Notes: generated from the sequence alone by a model not told the origin. Shown: positions 1 to 10,260, numbered from the stretch's first letter. The stretch: DNA of 64,000 nt from an uncultured delta proteobacterium (GCA_963827685.1 CAWHBU010000003.1:1152001-1216000), one strand, 5' to 3'. Translations and numbers: made by a program.

Positions 1-584
1 CAGGCTGTGGCCACATAAGGAATATTATGAGCCGCAGCAATGGCAGGCATATTTTTCTTCCAGGTGATCTGCCCCATTTGAACTCTTCCAACGGGAGAGG
101 TGGTTGTGGAGGCACCAAAAGGCGTCAAAGAGGACCGCTGGATACCGGTGTTCATATAGGCCTCGTTATCAGTACAGATGTAGACAAAGTTGTGGCCTCG
201 CTCGAAGGCACCTGAGAGTGCCTGGAGCCCAATGTCCGCTGTTCCTCCATCCCCACCCATGGCAAGGGTGACTATTTTTTTATGAGGAATTCTCCCTTTT
301 CTCATCAAGACCTTTAATGCGGATTCGATGCCCGAAGCCACCGCGGCCGTATTCTCAAAGGCCACATGGATCCAGGGGACTCTCCATGCGGTGTAAGGCA
401 GCGGCGAAGAGACGATCTCCATACATCCTGTTGCGTTGGCAATGATCACATTCCTTCCCAATGCCTTGGCTGCCAACCTCACGGCCAATGCCTCCGCACA
501 TCCCTGGCAAGACCGATGGCCAGGTGAAAAATATTCTTTTTGAGTCAATGTCCGAACAGCAAAAACATTCAAATTTTCAGTCAT
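1..584 (-). CDS. porB: pyruvate/2-oxoacid:ferredoxin oxidoreductase beta subunit (3' part outside window)
   Basis: Not in ORF track. Manual translation from ATG at 584: [29 protein letters not shown]...[16 protein letters not shown]...[13 protein letters not shown] (TPP-binding motif). ATGA overlap with porA stop. Confidence 0.93.
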   Translation of the reverse strand, partial: MTENLNVFAVRTLTQKEYFSPGHRSCQGCAEALAVRLAAKALGRNVIIANATGCMEIVSSPLPYTAWRVPWIHVAFENTAAVASGIESALKVLMRKGRIPHKKIVTLAMGGDGGTADIGLQALSGAFERGHNFVYICTDNEAYMNTGIQRSSLTPFGASTTTSPVGRVQMGQITWKKNMPAIAAAHNIPYVATA

Positions 585-1753
585 CCTCTCACCCCATAAA
601 TTTCGAATCCTTCTTTATTTCCTTCCTCAATCTCGATTTCTGCCTTATCCACCATCTTGATGAAGTCCGAAGGAGTCACATCCCTTCCAGAAATCCCTGC
701 AACAAAATTATAGACCGAGGGTCTCTGGGCTTCTCCGTAGAGGGCGGCCTTCACTTCCGATGCCACAGGCCCACAAGCCCCCACAGAGATGGCTCGGTCG
801 ATCACCACCAACTGTTTCGCATGGAGGGTTGCCTTTTTAAAGGCCTCGAAAGGAAAGGGCCGCCAAAGTCGAATCTTCACGAGTCCGACAGACCTTCCTT
901 CCTCCTTCATCTTGTCTACCGCCACAGAGGCCGTCTCACCGCAACTTCCCATGGTGACAAGCAAGGTATCAGCATCCTCTGCTTGATAGGTCTCGATTGG
1001 ATGATAATATCTACCCGTCATATCTCCGAAGGCCTTCCAGGTATCTATGATCTTAGGCATGGAAGATCGGAGGGCCTCCTCCTGAGCTTTCTTGGCTTCC
1101 GCAAAAATGCTGGGAAGCGCAAAAGCACCCATGGTCACCGGGTGATCAGGGTGCAGTTGGTATACAGGCTGATAAGGAGGGAGGAACTGATCGATCTTTC
1201 CCTGCTCGATCAGCTCAATGGGTTCGATCACGTGGCTCAGGATGAATCCGTCCATATTGATGATGACAGGAAAGAGAACCTTATTGTCTTCTGCTAACCG
1301 ATAGGCCGCAAACACATGGTCATAGACCTCCTGCCCATTCTCCACAAAGAACTGAATCCACCCGCAGTCCCGGATGGACATCGCATCACTATGATCGTTC
1401 CAAATACTCAAGGGTGCCGAAATCGTCCGATTCGAAATGATCATGACCACCGGTAATCTCATGCCCGATGTAATATAGGTAATCTCACTCATCAGGGCCA
1501 ACCCCTGGGAACTCGTACAGGTAAATGTCCTCGCTCCGGTCGCCGCCGCCCCCACACAGACGCTCAAGGCAGAGTGCTCAGATTCCACACAAAAAAAGTC
1601 TGCGTCAAGGTCTCCATTCGCCACCAATTCAGAGAGATGTTCCACAATATGCGTTTGGGGCGTAATGGGATAGGCCGAGATGACGTCGACATTGGCCTGC
1701 TTGACCGCCTCGGCAGCGGCAATGGAAACCTCCATTCCAATCCTTTTCCCCAT
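581..1753 (-). CDS. porA: pyruvate/2-oxoacid:ferredoxin oxidoreductase alpha subunit
   Basis: [20 protein letters not shown] motifs; operon context. Confidence 0.95.
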   Translation of the reverse strand: MGKRIGMEVSIAAAEAVKQANVDVISAYPITPQTHIVEHLSELVANGDLDADFFCVESEHSALSVCVGAAATGARTFTCTSSQGLALMSEITYITSGMRLPVVMIISNRTISAPLSIWNDHSDAMSIRDCGWIQFFVENGQEVYDHVFAAYRLAEDNKVLFPVIINMDGFILSHVIEPIELIEQGKIDQFLPPYQPVYQLHPDHPVTMGAFALPSIFAEAKKAQEEALRSSMPKIIDTWKAFGDMTGRYYHPIETYQAEDADTLLVTMGSCGETASVAVDKMKEEGRSVGLVKIRLWRPFPFEAFKKATLHAKQLVVIDRAISVGACGPVASEVKAALYGEAQRPSVYNFVAGISGRDVTPSDFIKMVDKAEIEIEEGNKEGFEIYGVRG

Positions 1754-2053
1754 TTATTTCTCCTCCTCTTCCAGCACCATGGTGATGGCTCCGGTGGGAC
1801 ACTCCTTTGCACAGATGCCGCAGCCCTTACAATAGAAAAGGTCCGCAATGAAATAACTCTCTTCGTTCAGGTTATAAGCCATGTCCGGACAGAAGATATA
1901 GCACAATCCACAATGGATACACAGCTCCTTTTGCAGAACTGGTTTGAGAGTCTTCCAATCTCCCGTCCGATATTGGCTGGCATTCCCCGGTTCCAAGACA
2001 ACATTGCCAACTGGCAGTTCCTTCCATGTCCATTCTGATTCAGGTTTTGTCAT
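1754..2053 (-). CDS. porD: POR delta subunit (2x[4Fe-4S])
   Basis: TGDWK, CIHCGLC..CP and CKGCGICAKECP motifs. Confidence 0.95.
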   Translation of the reverse strand: MTKPESEWTWKELPVGNVVLEPGNASQYRTGDWKTLKPVLQKELCIHCGLCYIFCPDMAYNLNEESYFIADLFYCKGCGICAKECPTGAITMVLEEEEK

Positions 2054-2089
2054 AACCTTCTCTCCTAATTGAATAACGATAATCTCTCC

Positions 2090-2175
2090 AACTCCCCTTT
2101 ATTAGCAATCTCCCTATCCCCCTTTTGTCATAATCCCCCCCTCTCCCCCTTTTAATGAAGGGGGACTGGGGGGAT
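2090..2175. repeat. REP-like C/G-rich palindrome with degenerate tandem half-copies
   Basis: cccccctctcccccttttaatgaagggggactgggggg preceded by two ccccctt half-units between porG and porD. Confidence 0.55.
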
Positions 2176-2184
2176 TTTCAAAAA

Positions 2185-2733
2185 CTATTGGATGAGGATA
2201 GTTTCCTGATAAGCCCTTTCGAAAGCAGAAAGGTTCTTTTCTGCAATTCGGCCAAACCGCTCCTTTAAAGGAAGGATGAAAGACTCTTTCTTGACCAATC
2301 CCGAAACCTTGATCAAGGATCCAAGCATCGTTGTGTTGGTAATCGCAAGCCCGAGAACTTCTCTGGCAATCTTGACCGCATCTACCACACCGAGCCGATT
2401 CCTGATCTTCAAGACTTCCTTCACCTTTTCAGGAGAATCATTACTTGTAGTAACCAGAATGCCATCCGGTTTCAATCCGGCGGCAACATCAACCACCTTT
2501 AGAAGAGAGGCGTCGAGCACGACCACTAAATCGGGTTCGTAGATATTGGCCCTAATCTTAATGGGTTGATCGCTAATGCGGCAGAAAGCTAAGACCGGAG
2601 CCCCTCTCCGCTCCGGGCCAAAGCTTGGAAAGGCTTGGGCGTACTTACCCTCCTCAATAGCTGCCAGGGCTAAGAGTTCCGCTGAAGTGACGGCTCCCTG
2701 TCCACCTCTTCCATGGAATCGAATCTCAATCAT
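2185..2733 (-). CDS. porG: POR gamma subunit
   Basis: N-terminal [23 protein letters not shown]. Confidence 0.95.
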
Positions 2734-2910
2734 CTCATTCTCCCAAATTTATTCTAATCATTAAGACATAAGATATTTCAAATAGTTTTTTCAAGTGAAC
2801 AATTTTAAAAATCAAATAGTTAATACAATGGAACTGGCCTATAGTTTATGTTTAATTTGAAATTCTCTTTGACGTTCATGCATGGCTATTTCAATATCAA
2901 TGAAAAATTC

Positions 2911-3510
2911 CTATATCTCTCTTCGTCCCTCAAGAGCCTTTGACAAAGTCATCCCATCCGAGTATTCAATCTCACTCCCCATGGGAATTCCATAAGCGAT
3001 CCTCGTTACTTTTATACCCAGTGATTTGATGAGATCGGTAAGAAAAAGGGCTGTCGCTCCCCCCTCCACTGTGGGATTGGTGGCCAGAATCACTTCCGAA
3101 ATCTTTTCCTTTTGAAGTCTTTCTAACAGTTCTTTAATCTTGAGATCCTCCGGCCCCACACCTTCTAAAGGTGAAATGCAACCGTGTAACACATGGTATC
3201 GCCCGTTAAAAACGCCGGTGTTCTCGATAGCGATCAGGTCATTCGGCCCCTCGACCACACAAAGGATCTCTCGGGCCCGGCGTTCATCTTGACAAATCCG
3301 GCAGGGATTCTCATCTGTCAGATTGAAACAGGTTGAACAAAGTCGGATCTTTTCTTTCACATCCAAAATCGCTCTGGCCAGCTCCTGGGCTTCTGTTGGA
3401 CTGCTCCGCAAAATATGAAAAGCCAATCTCGACGCAGTCTTTTTCCCAATTCCCGGGAGTCTCGTCAGGGCTTCGATGAGATGATCAATGGGCTTGGCGT
3501 GCACAGACAT
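2911..3510 (-). CDS. recR: recombination mediator RecR
   Basis: LPGIGKKTA, C4 zinc finger, TOPRIM ATNPTVEG; start placed at MSVHAKP (3510). Confidence 0.96.
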   Translation of the reverse strand: MSVHAKPIDHLIEALTRLPGIGKKTASRLAFHILRSSPTEAQELARAILDVKEKIRLCSTCFNLTDENPCRICQDERRAREILCVVEGPNDLIAIENTGVFNGRYHVLHGCISPLEGVGPEDLKIKELLERLQKEKISEVILATNPTVEGGATALFLTDLIKSLGIKVTRIAYGIPMGSEIEYSDGMTLSKALEGRREI

Positions 3511-3667
3511 CGGTAAGACCTCAATGCAAAATGGAAATTGCAAAGTTAGCAATGCAAAATAGTTGAAAAGATCCCAGTTGTCTGTTCCATTCTATCGTAT
3601 GCAATTGGGTTCTGCATTCTGCATTTTGCATTTTGCACTGGTAATTTTGCAATTTACAATGATCTCT

Positions 3668-3982
3668 TTAGAACAACCCCGGGATGTTGAGTCCACCCGT
3701 AACTTTCTTCATCTCTTCTGCCATCATCTCCTGGGATTTCCGGATGGCCTCATTCACAGCCGCTACAATCAAATCTTGTAACATCTCGATGTCTTCTCGG
3801 TTCACCACTTCTGGGTCGATCCGAATGCTAAGGACCTCCTGCTTTCCGTTCATCACAACGTTCACCATGCCTCCCCCGGAACTAGCTTCCACCGTTTTCC
3901 CAGCCATCTCCTCCTGGAGTTGAGAAATTTTGGCATGGATCTCCTGAGCCTGTTTTAATATGTTTCCCAGACCTTTTGTCAT
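3668..3982 (-). CDS. ybaB: YbaB/EbfC nucleoid-associated protein
   Basis: SGGGMV..NG, EMLQDLIVAAVNEA; dnaX-ybaB-recR synteny. Confidence 0.95.
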   Translation of the reverse strand: MTKGLGNILKQAQEIHAKISQLQEEMAGKTVEASSGGGMVNVVMNGKQEVLSIRIDPEVVNREDIEMLQDLIVAAVNEAIRKSQEMMAEEMKKVTGGLNIPGLF

Positions 3983-3991
3983 ATACTTCTC

Positions 3992-5719
3992 CTATTTCCC
4001 CTCCACAATCTTTCCGTTAAAGAGACGGAGAGCTTCTTGGATGATGGGGTCCTCTTCTCCCCGTTTCTCTAATCTTTTGTCCAACCCATTGCGGGTAGTC
4101 TCCGCCTTGTTGAACACCACCCGCCCCTTTGCCCCTATCACTTGGTTCAACGGAGAAACGACCACTTTTGTCTTTTTTTGAAGATATTCATGACAGATTG
4201 ATTCCAATTGGCCTCGATTCTCCTTTTCCAACATTCTTTCATAGTGAAAAGAATCTTTTTCGAAGCCAATCTCAATCTTCTCTTCACTCAGATCAACAAG
4301 ATTCCCCAAGGCTAAGAACGAACCCAGTATAGGGTTCCTCGCTCTTGTAAAATCGACCAACCCTTTCCATGTCTCTTCCCAGATTTTTGGGGGGACGTCA
4401 CGAAATTCCTCTTCCTTTTTTAAATCCTCTTTCTTTTCAAAAACCTTTTCCTCGCTGACCTGCTCTTGCTTCTTGGGCGGTGTCTCTTCTTTTGGTCTAT
4501 CTCTTTCCGGATTCTCTGGATGGATAACGCTTGCTGAAGCAAAGGAGGGTTTTTTCTCACCCCCTCCTTTGGACAGTTCCTTATTTTCTAACGCCTCCAG
4601 TTTCTTGATCATCTCATCGATGGGAAGGATGGGCCGTAAAGTAGCCATTCGAATCAACGTCATCTCCAGCATGGTCCGAGGAAAAGTGGACTGTGCTATT
4701 TCCTGTTCTCCTTTCAAAAGGAGACTAAAGAGATGGTTTAATTGATCAAATTGGAATTTCCCCGCCTGTTCCTTAAATAACTCCAGCTCCTCTTCCGGCA
4801 ATTCCATTAACCCTTCTGGATGTTGACTGACCTTGATGAGGATTAAGTTGCGAAGATATTGAAGAAGCTCTCTACAGAAATGTTGGAGATCGTATCCAAA
4901 GTGGTAGACATGCTCGATGACCTCCATGCACCGCTTAACATCCCTATTGGCAAGGGCTTCTATGGTATCGCTGAGAATTTTGTGATCGATGAGTCCGAGG
5001 ACCTCGGCAATATCTTCATCACGGATATTTTTCCCTGCATAAGCGATCACCTGGTCGAGGAGACTTTGAGCATCCCGCAGGCTCCCTTCTGATTCTTTGG
5101 CGATGGAAAGAAGTCCTCTCTGACTGATTTGGATCTTTTCCTCTTTCACGATCCGGTTCAGGCTCCCGATCACTTCTCTAAACGGAATTCTCTTAAAATC
5201 GTATCGCTGGCATCGTGAAAGGATGGTGGCAGGGATTTTATGGGGTTCGGTGGTGGCGAAGATAAAGAGGATGTGTGGGGGAGGTTCTTCCAAGGTCTTC
5301 AACAAGGCATTGAAGGCCTCTCTGGTCAGCATGTGGACTTCATCGATGATGTAAATCTTATACCGACTCTTGGCCGGGGTATAACGGACATTCTCCCTCA
5401 ACTCTCGAATTTCATCAATTCCGCGGTTAGAGGCTCCATCGATCTCAATCACATCCATCGAAGTCCCGTGGGTGATCTCCTGACAGTTTGTGCATCGGTC
5501 GCAGGGATTAATTTGGGGACCCTTTTCGCAGTTTAGGGCTTTTGCTAAAATGCGAGCCGTTGAGGTCTTGCCAACCCCTCTTGCCCCGGTAAACAAGAAG
5601 GCGTGAGCCACCCGTTTTTGCGAAATGGCGTTTTGTAAGGTTTGGGTGATGTGTTGTTGCCCAACAACCTCTTCAAAGAGTTGCGGTCTCCACTTTCTCG
5701 CCAACACTAAATAAGACAT
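3992..5719 (-). CDS. dnaX: DNA polymerase III subunit gamma/tau
   Basis: LARKWRPQ, GARGVGKT, IIDEVHML, SRC motifs. Confidence 0.97.
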   Translation of the reverse strand: MSYLVLARKWRPQLFEEVVGQQHITQTLQNAISQKRVAHAFLFTGARGVGKTSTARILAKALNCEKGPQINPCDRCTNCQEITHGTSMDVIEIDGASNRGIDEIRELRENVRYTPAKSRYKIYIIDEVHMLTREAFNALLKTLEEPPPHILFIFATTEPHKIPATILSRCQRYDFKRIPFREVIGSLNRIVKEEKIQISQRGLLSIAKESEGSLRDAQSLLDQVIAYAGKNIRDEDIAEVLGLIDHKILSDTIEALANRDVKRCMEVIEHVYHFGYDLQHFCRELLQYLRNLILIKVSQHPEGLMELPEEELELFKEQAGKFQFDQLNHLFSLLLKGEQEIAQSTFPRTMLEMTLIRMATLRPILPIDEMIKKLEALENKELSKGGGEKKPSFASASVIHPENPERDRPKEETPPKKQEQVSEEKVFEKKEDLKKEEEFRDVPPKIWEETWKGLVDFTRARNPILGSFLALGNLVDLSEEKIEIGFEKDSFHYERMLEKENRGQLESICHEYLQKKTKVVVSPLNQVIGAKGRVVFNKAETTRNGLDKRLEKRGEEDPIIQEALRLFNGKIVEGK

Positions 5720-5860
5720 CTCTCTCCAATTCGGAGTGTAGAATGCGCCTGCCTACCGCAGGCAGGGATTGCGGAATTTTGATTCTATCTTCTACTCCCC
5801 GCTTTCTGCTTTCTGACCCCTACTCTCCACTTTCTACGTTCTACTTTCTAAAAAATAACT

Positions 5861-5970
5861 TGTTGATAGCCAGGCACCCCTGCGGCACACAAAGGGGATT
5901 ACTACCGCTGCTTCCTTCCGGACCTGACGGGGTTTGTAATCTTTTGTTGCGCAGGACCCGACTATCAACA
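5861..5970 (-). ncRNA. ffs: signal recognition particle (4.5S) RNA
   Basis: Minus strand contains GTCAGGTCCGGAAGGAAGCAGC (helix 8); ends TGTTGATAG/CTATCAACA pair; directly upstream of dnaX. Confidence 0.95.
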
Positions 5971-6084
5971 AGATCTTATTTTAATAGTCAAGAGTTTTAA
6001 GTTTCAAGGTCGGAGAAGTTTTTACGTCTTACACGAATCTCCGAGCTCTGAACTCCGAACTCATAACTCGTCTTTTCGGGTGCA

Positions 6085-6099
6085 TGGCGGAGAGAGTGG
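6085..6099 (-). repeat. 15-bp direct duplication of the tRNA-Ser(GGA) 3' end (att-like)
   Basis: tggcggagagagtgg is identical to 6996-7010. Confidence 0.85.
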
Positions 6100-6129
6100 C
6101 CGACTACGCTTCTGGAGAAGCTTCATCGG

Positions 6130-6369
6130 CTAAAGGATTCGCTTTTGTAATAATGCTCTCCCTGATCCAGTCTTAAAATATTGTTCAAGTGCAATCGCTC
6201 TTGTCTTGTCTTTAACGGCGATATACGCTTCCAAGCCAAAAGGTATTCTACCCTTCGTCGAATCAACTTTCCCAGAATTATGCTCAGTAAATCGACGGCG
6301 GATATTGTCTGTTGATCCTATATAGAGATTCTTATCCTTTAAGCTCCTTAATATATACACGTACCACAT
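6130..6369 (-). CDS. small stand-alone GIY-YIG nuclease family protein (79 aa)
   Basis: YVYIL...YIGST..RRRF..HN.G...T...E..FK: GIY-YIG signature with conserved R and E. Confidence 0.9.
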   Translation of the reverse strand: MWYVYILRSLKDKNLYIGSTDNIRRRFTEHNSGKVDSTKGRIPFGLEAYIAVKDKTRAIALEQYFKTGSGRALLQKRIL

Positions 6370-6434
6370 ACTTTATCTGCTTTGCCATTCAAAGTCTTCT
6401 CATAAGATGGCTTGCCATCTATAACCTTATCGTC

Positions 6435-6990
6435 AGCTGGCTTGCCAGCCGAAGCCTTGGCGGCCAACTGCGCTTTTATCAAAGCTTCGTCGGCTAAATA
6501 GGATGGCTTGCCAACCGAAGCCTTGGCGGCCAACTGCGCTTTTATCAAAGCTTCGTCGGCTAAATAGGATGGCTTGCCAACCGAAGCCTTGGCGGCCAAC
6601 TGCGCTTTTATCAAAGCTTCGTCGGCTAAATAGGATGGCTTGCCAACCGAAGCCTTGGCGGCCAACTGCGCTTTTATCAAAGCTTCGTCGGCTAAATAGG
6701 ATGGCTTGCCAACCGAAGCCTTGGCGGCCAACTGCGCTTTTATCAAAGCTTCGTCGGCTAAATAGGATGGCTTGCCAACCGAAGCCTTGGCGGCCAACTG
6801 CGCTTTTATCAAAGCTTCGTCGGCTAAATAGGATGGCTTGCCAACCGAAGCCTTGGCGGCCAACTGCGCTTTTATCAAAGCTTCGTCGGCTAAATAGGAT
6901 GGCTTGCCAACCGAAGCCTTGGCGGCCAACTGCGCTTTTATCAAAGCTTCGTCGGCTAAATAGGATGGCTTGCCAACCGAAGCCTTGGCG
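6435..6990. repeat. tandem array of a 66-bp hairpin-containing unit (~8.4 copies)
   Basis: ggatggcttgccaaccgaagccttggcggccaactgcgcttttatcaaagcttcgtcggctaaata starts at 6501, 6567, 6633, 6699, 6765, 6831, 6897, with a variant copy at 6435 and a partial copy at 6963. Confidence 0.97.
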
Positions 6991-6995
6991 TAGGT

Positions 6996-7088
6996 TGGCG
7001 GAGAGAGTGGGAGTCGAACCCACGATCCCGTTATTAGCGGGATACACGATTTCCAATCGTGCCCCTTCGGCCTCTCGGGCATCTCTCC
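6996..7088 (-). tRNA. tRNA-Ser(GGA)
   Basis: GGAGAGATGCCCGAGAGGCCGAAGGGG, anticodon arm CACGA-TTGGAAA-TCGTG, long variable arm, GGTTCGACTCC, encoded CCA. Confidence 0.96.
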
Positions 7089-7216
7089 GTGATCTAAATA
7101 AGAGTTAAGAGTTCTTGGTTAGGAGTTCGGAGTAATTTTTAATTAAACCTTCAAAAAATATTTGGGTTTCCGGACTCTGAACTCCGAACTCATTACTAAA
7201 TTACTAACGTAGTGCA

Positions 7217-7391
7217 TGGCGGAGAGGGTGGGATGTGCTCAGTCGCTTCCCCCTGTACACCATGCGGTACAGGGCTTCGCTCCCTCCGCCTCCCCTTCGG
7301 GTCGCCGAACCCAATCCCGCTCTCGCGGAAGGGTTCTCATCCCATTGAGTATTTCTATAGCTGGCCTGCCAGCCGAAGCTTTAGCGTAGGC
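7217..7391 (-). repeat. tRNA-linked repeat (RtT-like) carrying an 18-bp copy of the tRNA-Ser(CGA) 3' end
   Basis: 7217-7234 = 7392-7409; 175-bp period; contains cttcgggtcg, cgaacc and ttctcatcc blocks that recall the E. coli tyrT 178-bp repeat (recalled similarity, not aligned). Confidence 0.7.
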
Positions 7392-7480
7392 TGGCGGAGA
7401 GGGTGGGATTCGAACCCACGTCTCCTTTCGGGAGAACCGCTTTTCGAGAGCGGCGCCTTAAACCACTCGGCAACCTCTCC
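7392..7480 (-). tRNA. tRNA-Ser(CGA)
   Basis: Anticodon arm CCGCT-CTCGAAA-AGCGG, variable arm, GGTTCGAATCC, CCA. Confidence 0.96.
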
Positions 7481-7573
7481 TCTTAAATAATAGTAACGAG
7501 TTATTAGTTCGGAGTTATGAGTAATTCTTCATCTCCGAACTCCGAACCCCCGACTCCAAACTTTTGTAATCCT

Positions 7574-8056
7574 TTATCTTCGTTCTCTAAAAAAAGCCTT
7601 TAAGATTTCACCGCACTCTTTTTCAAGAATACCTCGATCAACTCTTAGTTTGTGAGTTAAACCGTTATCGTTCAACAATTTAAACTTTGATTCAACTGCC
7701 CCAAATTTTGGCTCAGGTACTCCAAAGACCAACCTCGATATCCTGCCGTGAACCATTGCAGAAACACACATGGGGCAGGGTTCAGCCGTCACATACATCA
7801 CTGTTTCATTCAGTCGGTAATTTCTTAAAATCTCCCCTCCTTTTCGAAGGACCAGGATTTCTGCATGGGCAGTGGGATCACTAAGCTCAATACAACGATT
7901 ATGATCTTTTGCAAGCACCTGACCTCCTTTTAATAAAATGGCGCCCACTGGTATTTCCCCTCCCTGGCCAGCCTTCTCCGCTTCCTCCAGTGCCATTTTC
8001 ATATACCTTTCATCAGATTCCCTATCCTTCATTCTTGATCTCAGACAAGTCATCAA
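7574..8056 (-). CDS. tadA: tRNA adenosine(34) deaminase
   Basis: EIPVGA, HAE, EPCPMC motifs; true start may be 8032. Confidence 0.95.
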   Translation of the reverse strand: MMTCLRSRMKDRESDERYMKMALEEAEKAGQGGEIPVGAILLKGGQVLAKDHNRCIELSDPTAHAEILVLRKGGEILRNYRLNETVMYVTAEPCPMCVSAMVHGRISRLVFGVPEPKFGAVESKFKLLNDNGLTHKLRVDRGILEKECGEILKAFFRERR

Positions 8057-8143
8057 TGACTGGCTGCCCTGAACTACGTTGAGTTCAGGGCCCCGCCCTG
8101 AATCTTTCGTGGTTCAGGGCTGCCATGTCCCCTAAGTGGTACA

Positions 8144-8220
8144 TGGCGCGCCCAGGGTGATTCGAACACCCGACCTGCGGATTCGTAGTCCGACGCTCTA
8201 TCCATCTGAGCTATGGGCGC
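8144..8220 (-). tRNA. tRNA-Arg(ACG)
   Basis: GCGCCCATAGCTCAGATGGATAGAGC, loop CTACGAA, GTTCGAATC, CCA; 77 nt. Confidence 0.95.
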
Positions 8221-8269
8221 ATTCTTCAATTGCGTATCGGCGAATGTGGATTGCGGAATGCAAAAAATA

Positions 8270-8306
8270 CCCCCTCACCCTGACCCTCTCCCGCCGGGGG
8301 AGAGGG
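8270..8306. repeat. REP-like palindrome CCCTCACCC..CCCTCTCCC/GGGAGAGGG
   Basis: Perfect ccctctccc/gggagaggg stem between two tRNA genes. Confidence 0.65.
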
Positions 8307-8414
8307 AAGATAAATAAGAAGGGTTCTCATGTCTCATTCAAAATATTGCTATATTTAACACTGGCTCCCTGAACTACGTTGAGTTCACGGCTGCCATGCA
8401 CCCTACGTGGTGCA

Positions 8415-8507
8415 TGGCGGAGAGAGAGGGATTCGAACCCTCGATCCCGTTTTAAGCGGGATACTCGCTTAGCAGGCGAGCCCCTTCGGCCTCTCGGGCA
8501 TCTCTCC
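8415..8507 (-). tRNA. tRNA-Ser(GCT)
   Basis: Anticodon arm CTCGC-CTGCTAA-GCGAG, long variable arm, CCA. Confidence 0.96.
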
Positions 8508-8529
8508 GTTTCAAATAGTTATTATAGGA

Positions 8530-8617
8530 TGGCGGAGGGAGTAGGATTCGAACCCACGTCCCCTTTCGGAGAAGCGGTTTTCAAGACCGCCGCCTTAAAC
8601 CACTCGGCCATCCCTCC
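8530..8617 (-). tRNA. tRNA-Ser(TGA)
   Basis: Anticodon arm GCGGT-CTTGAAA-ACCGC, variable arm, CCA. Confidence 0.96.
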
Positions 8618-8673
8618 GCAACTGCCATCAATATTCTCACAAAACTTTATTCTTACCGACTTCTTTTCGTCTA

Positions 8674-8885
8674 CGACGAAGGGAGTAGGATGTGCTCGCT
8701 CGCTTCGCCCTGTACACCATCCGGTGCAGGGCTTCGCTCTCTCCGCCTCCCCCTCACGGAGTCGCCGAACCCACGTCCCCTTGTGCTCAGTCGCTACGTT
8801 CCTTCCGCCTCCCCCCTAAACTTTAGGGGGTCGCCGGGAGAATCCCGTTTTGACAGGACGCCTTAAACCACTCGGCCATCCCTCC
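8674..8885 (-). pseudogene. degenerate copy of tRNA-Ser(TGA) with two inserted hairpin elements
   Basis: 8859-8885 is identical to the tRNA 5' part; 8766-8782 and 8681-8691 match the variable/T arm; inserts at 8692-8765 and 8783-8834; anticodon arm and 3' end altered. Confidence 0.8.
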
Positions 8886-8931
8886 GTTCCGACTCAACGC
8901 AAAGCGCATAGGGCATAGCGCATTTATAAGA

Positions 8932-10260
<1,329 letters not shown>

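Noticed and set aside
6435-6990. CRISPR array
   Set aside because: Units are contiguous 66-mers with no unique spacers, and no cas genes are in the window.
6348-7108. Three 200-244 aa repeat-protein ORFs
   Set aside because: They are open only because 66 is a multiple of 3. They overlap tRNA-Ser(GGA) and occur in several frames on both strands.
7212-8819. Plus-strand ORFs 7212-7490, 8136-8372 and 8379-8819
   Set aside because: Antisense translations of tRNA genes and repeats.
8843-8858. Suppressor or Sec tRNA from the TCA triplet in the pseudo-tRNA
   Set aside because: The loop is 6 nt with TCA off-centre, two large inserts disrupt the fold, and the CCA end is lost.
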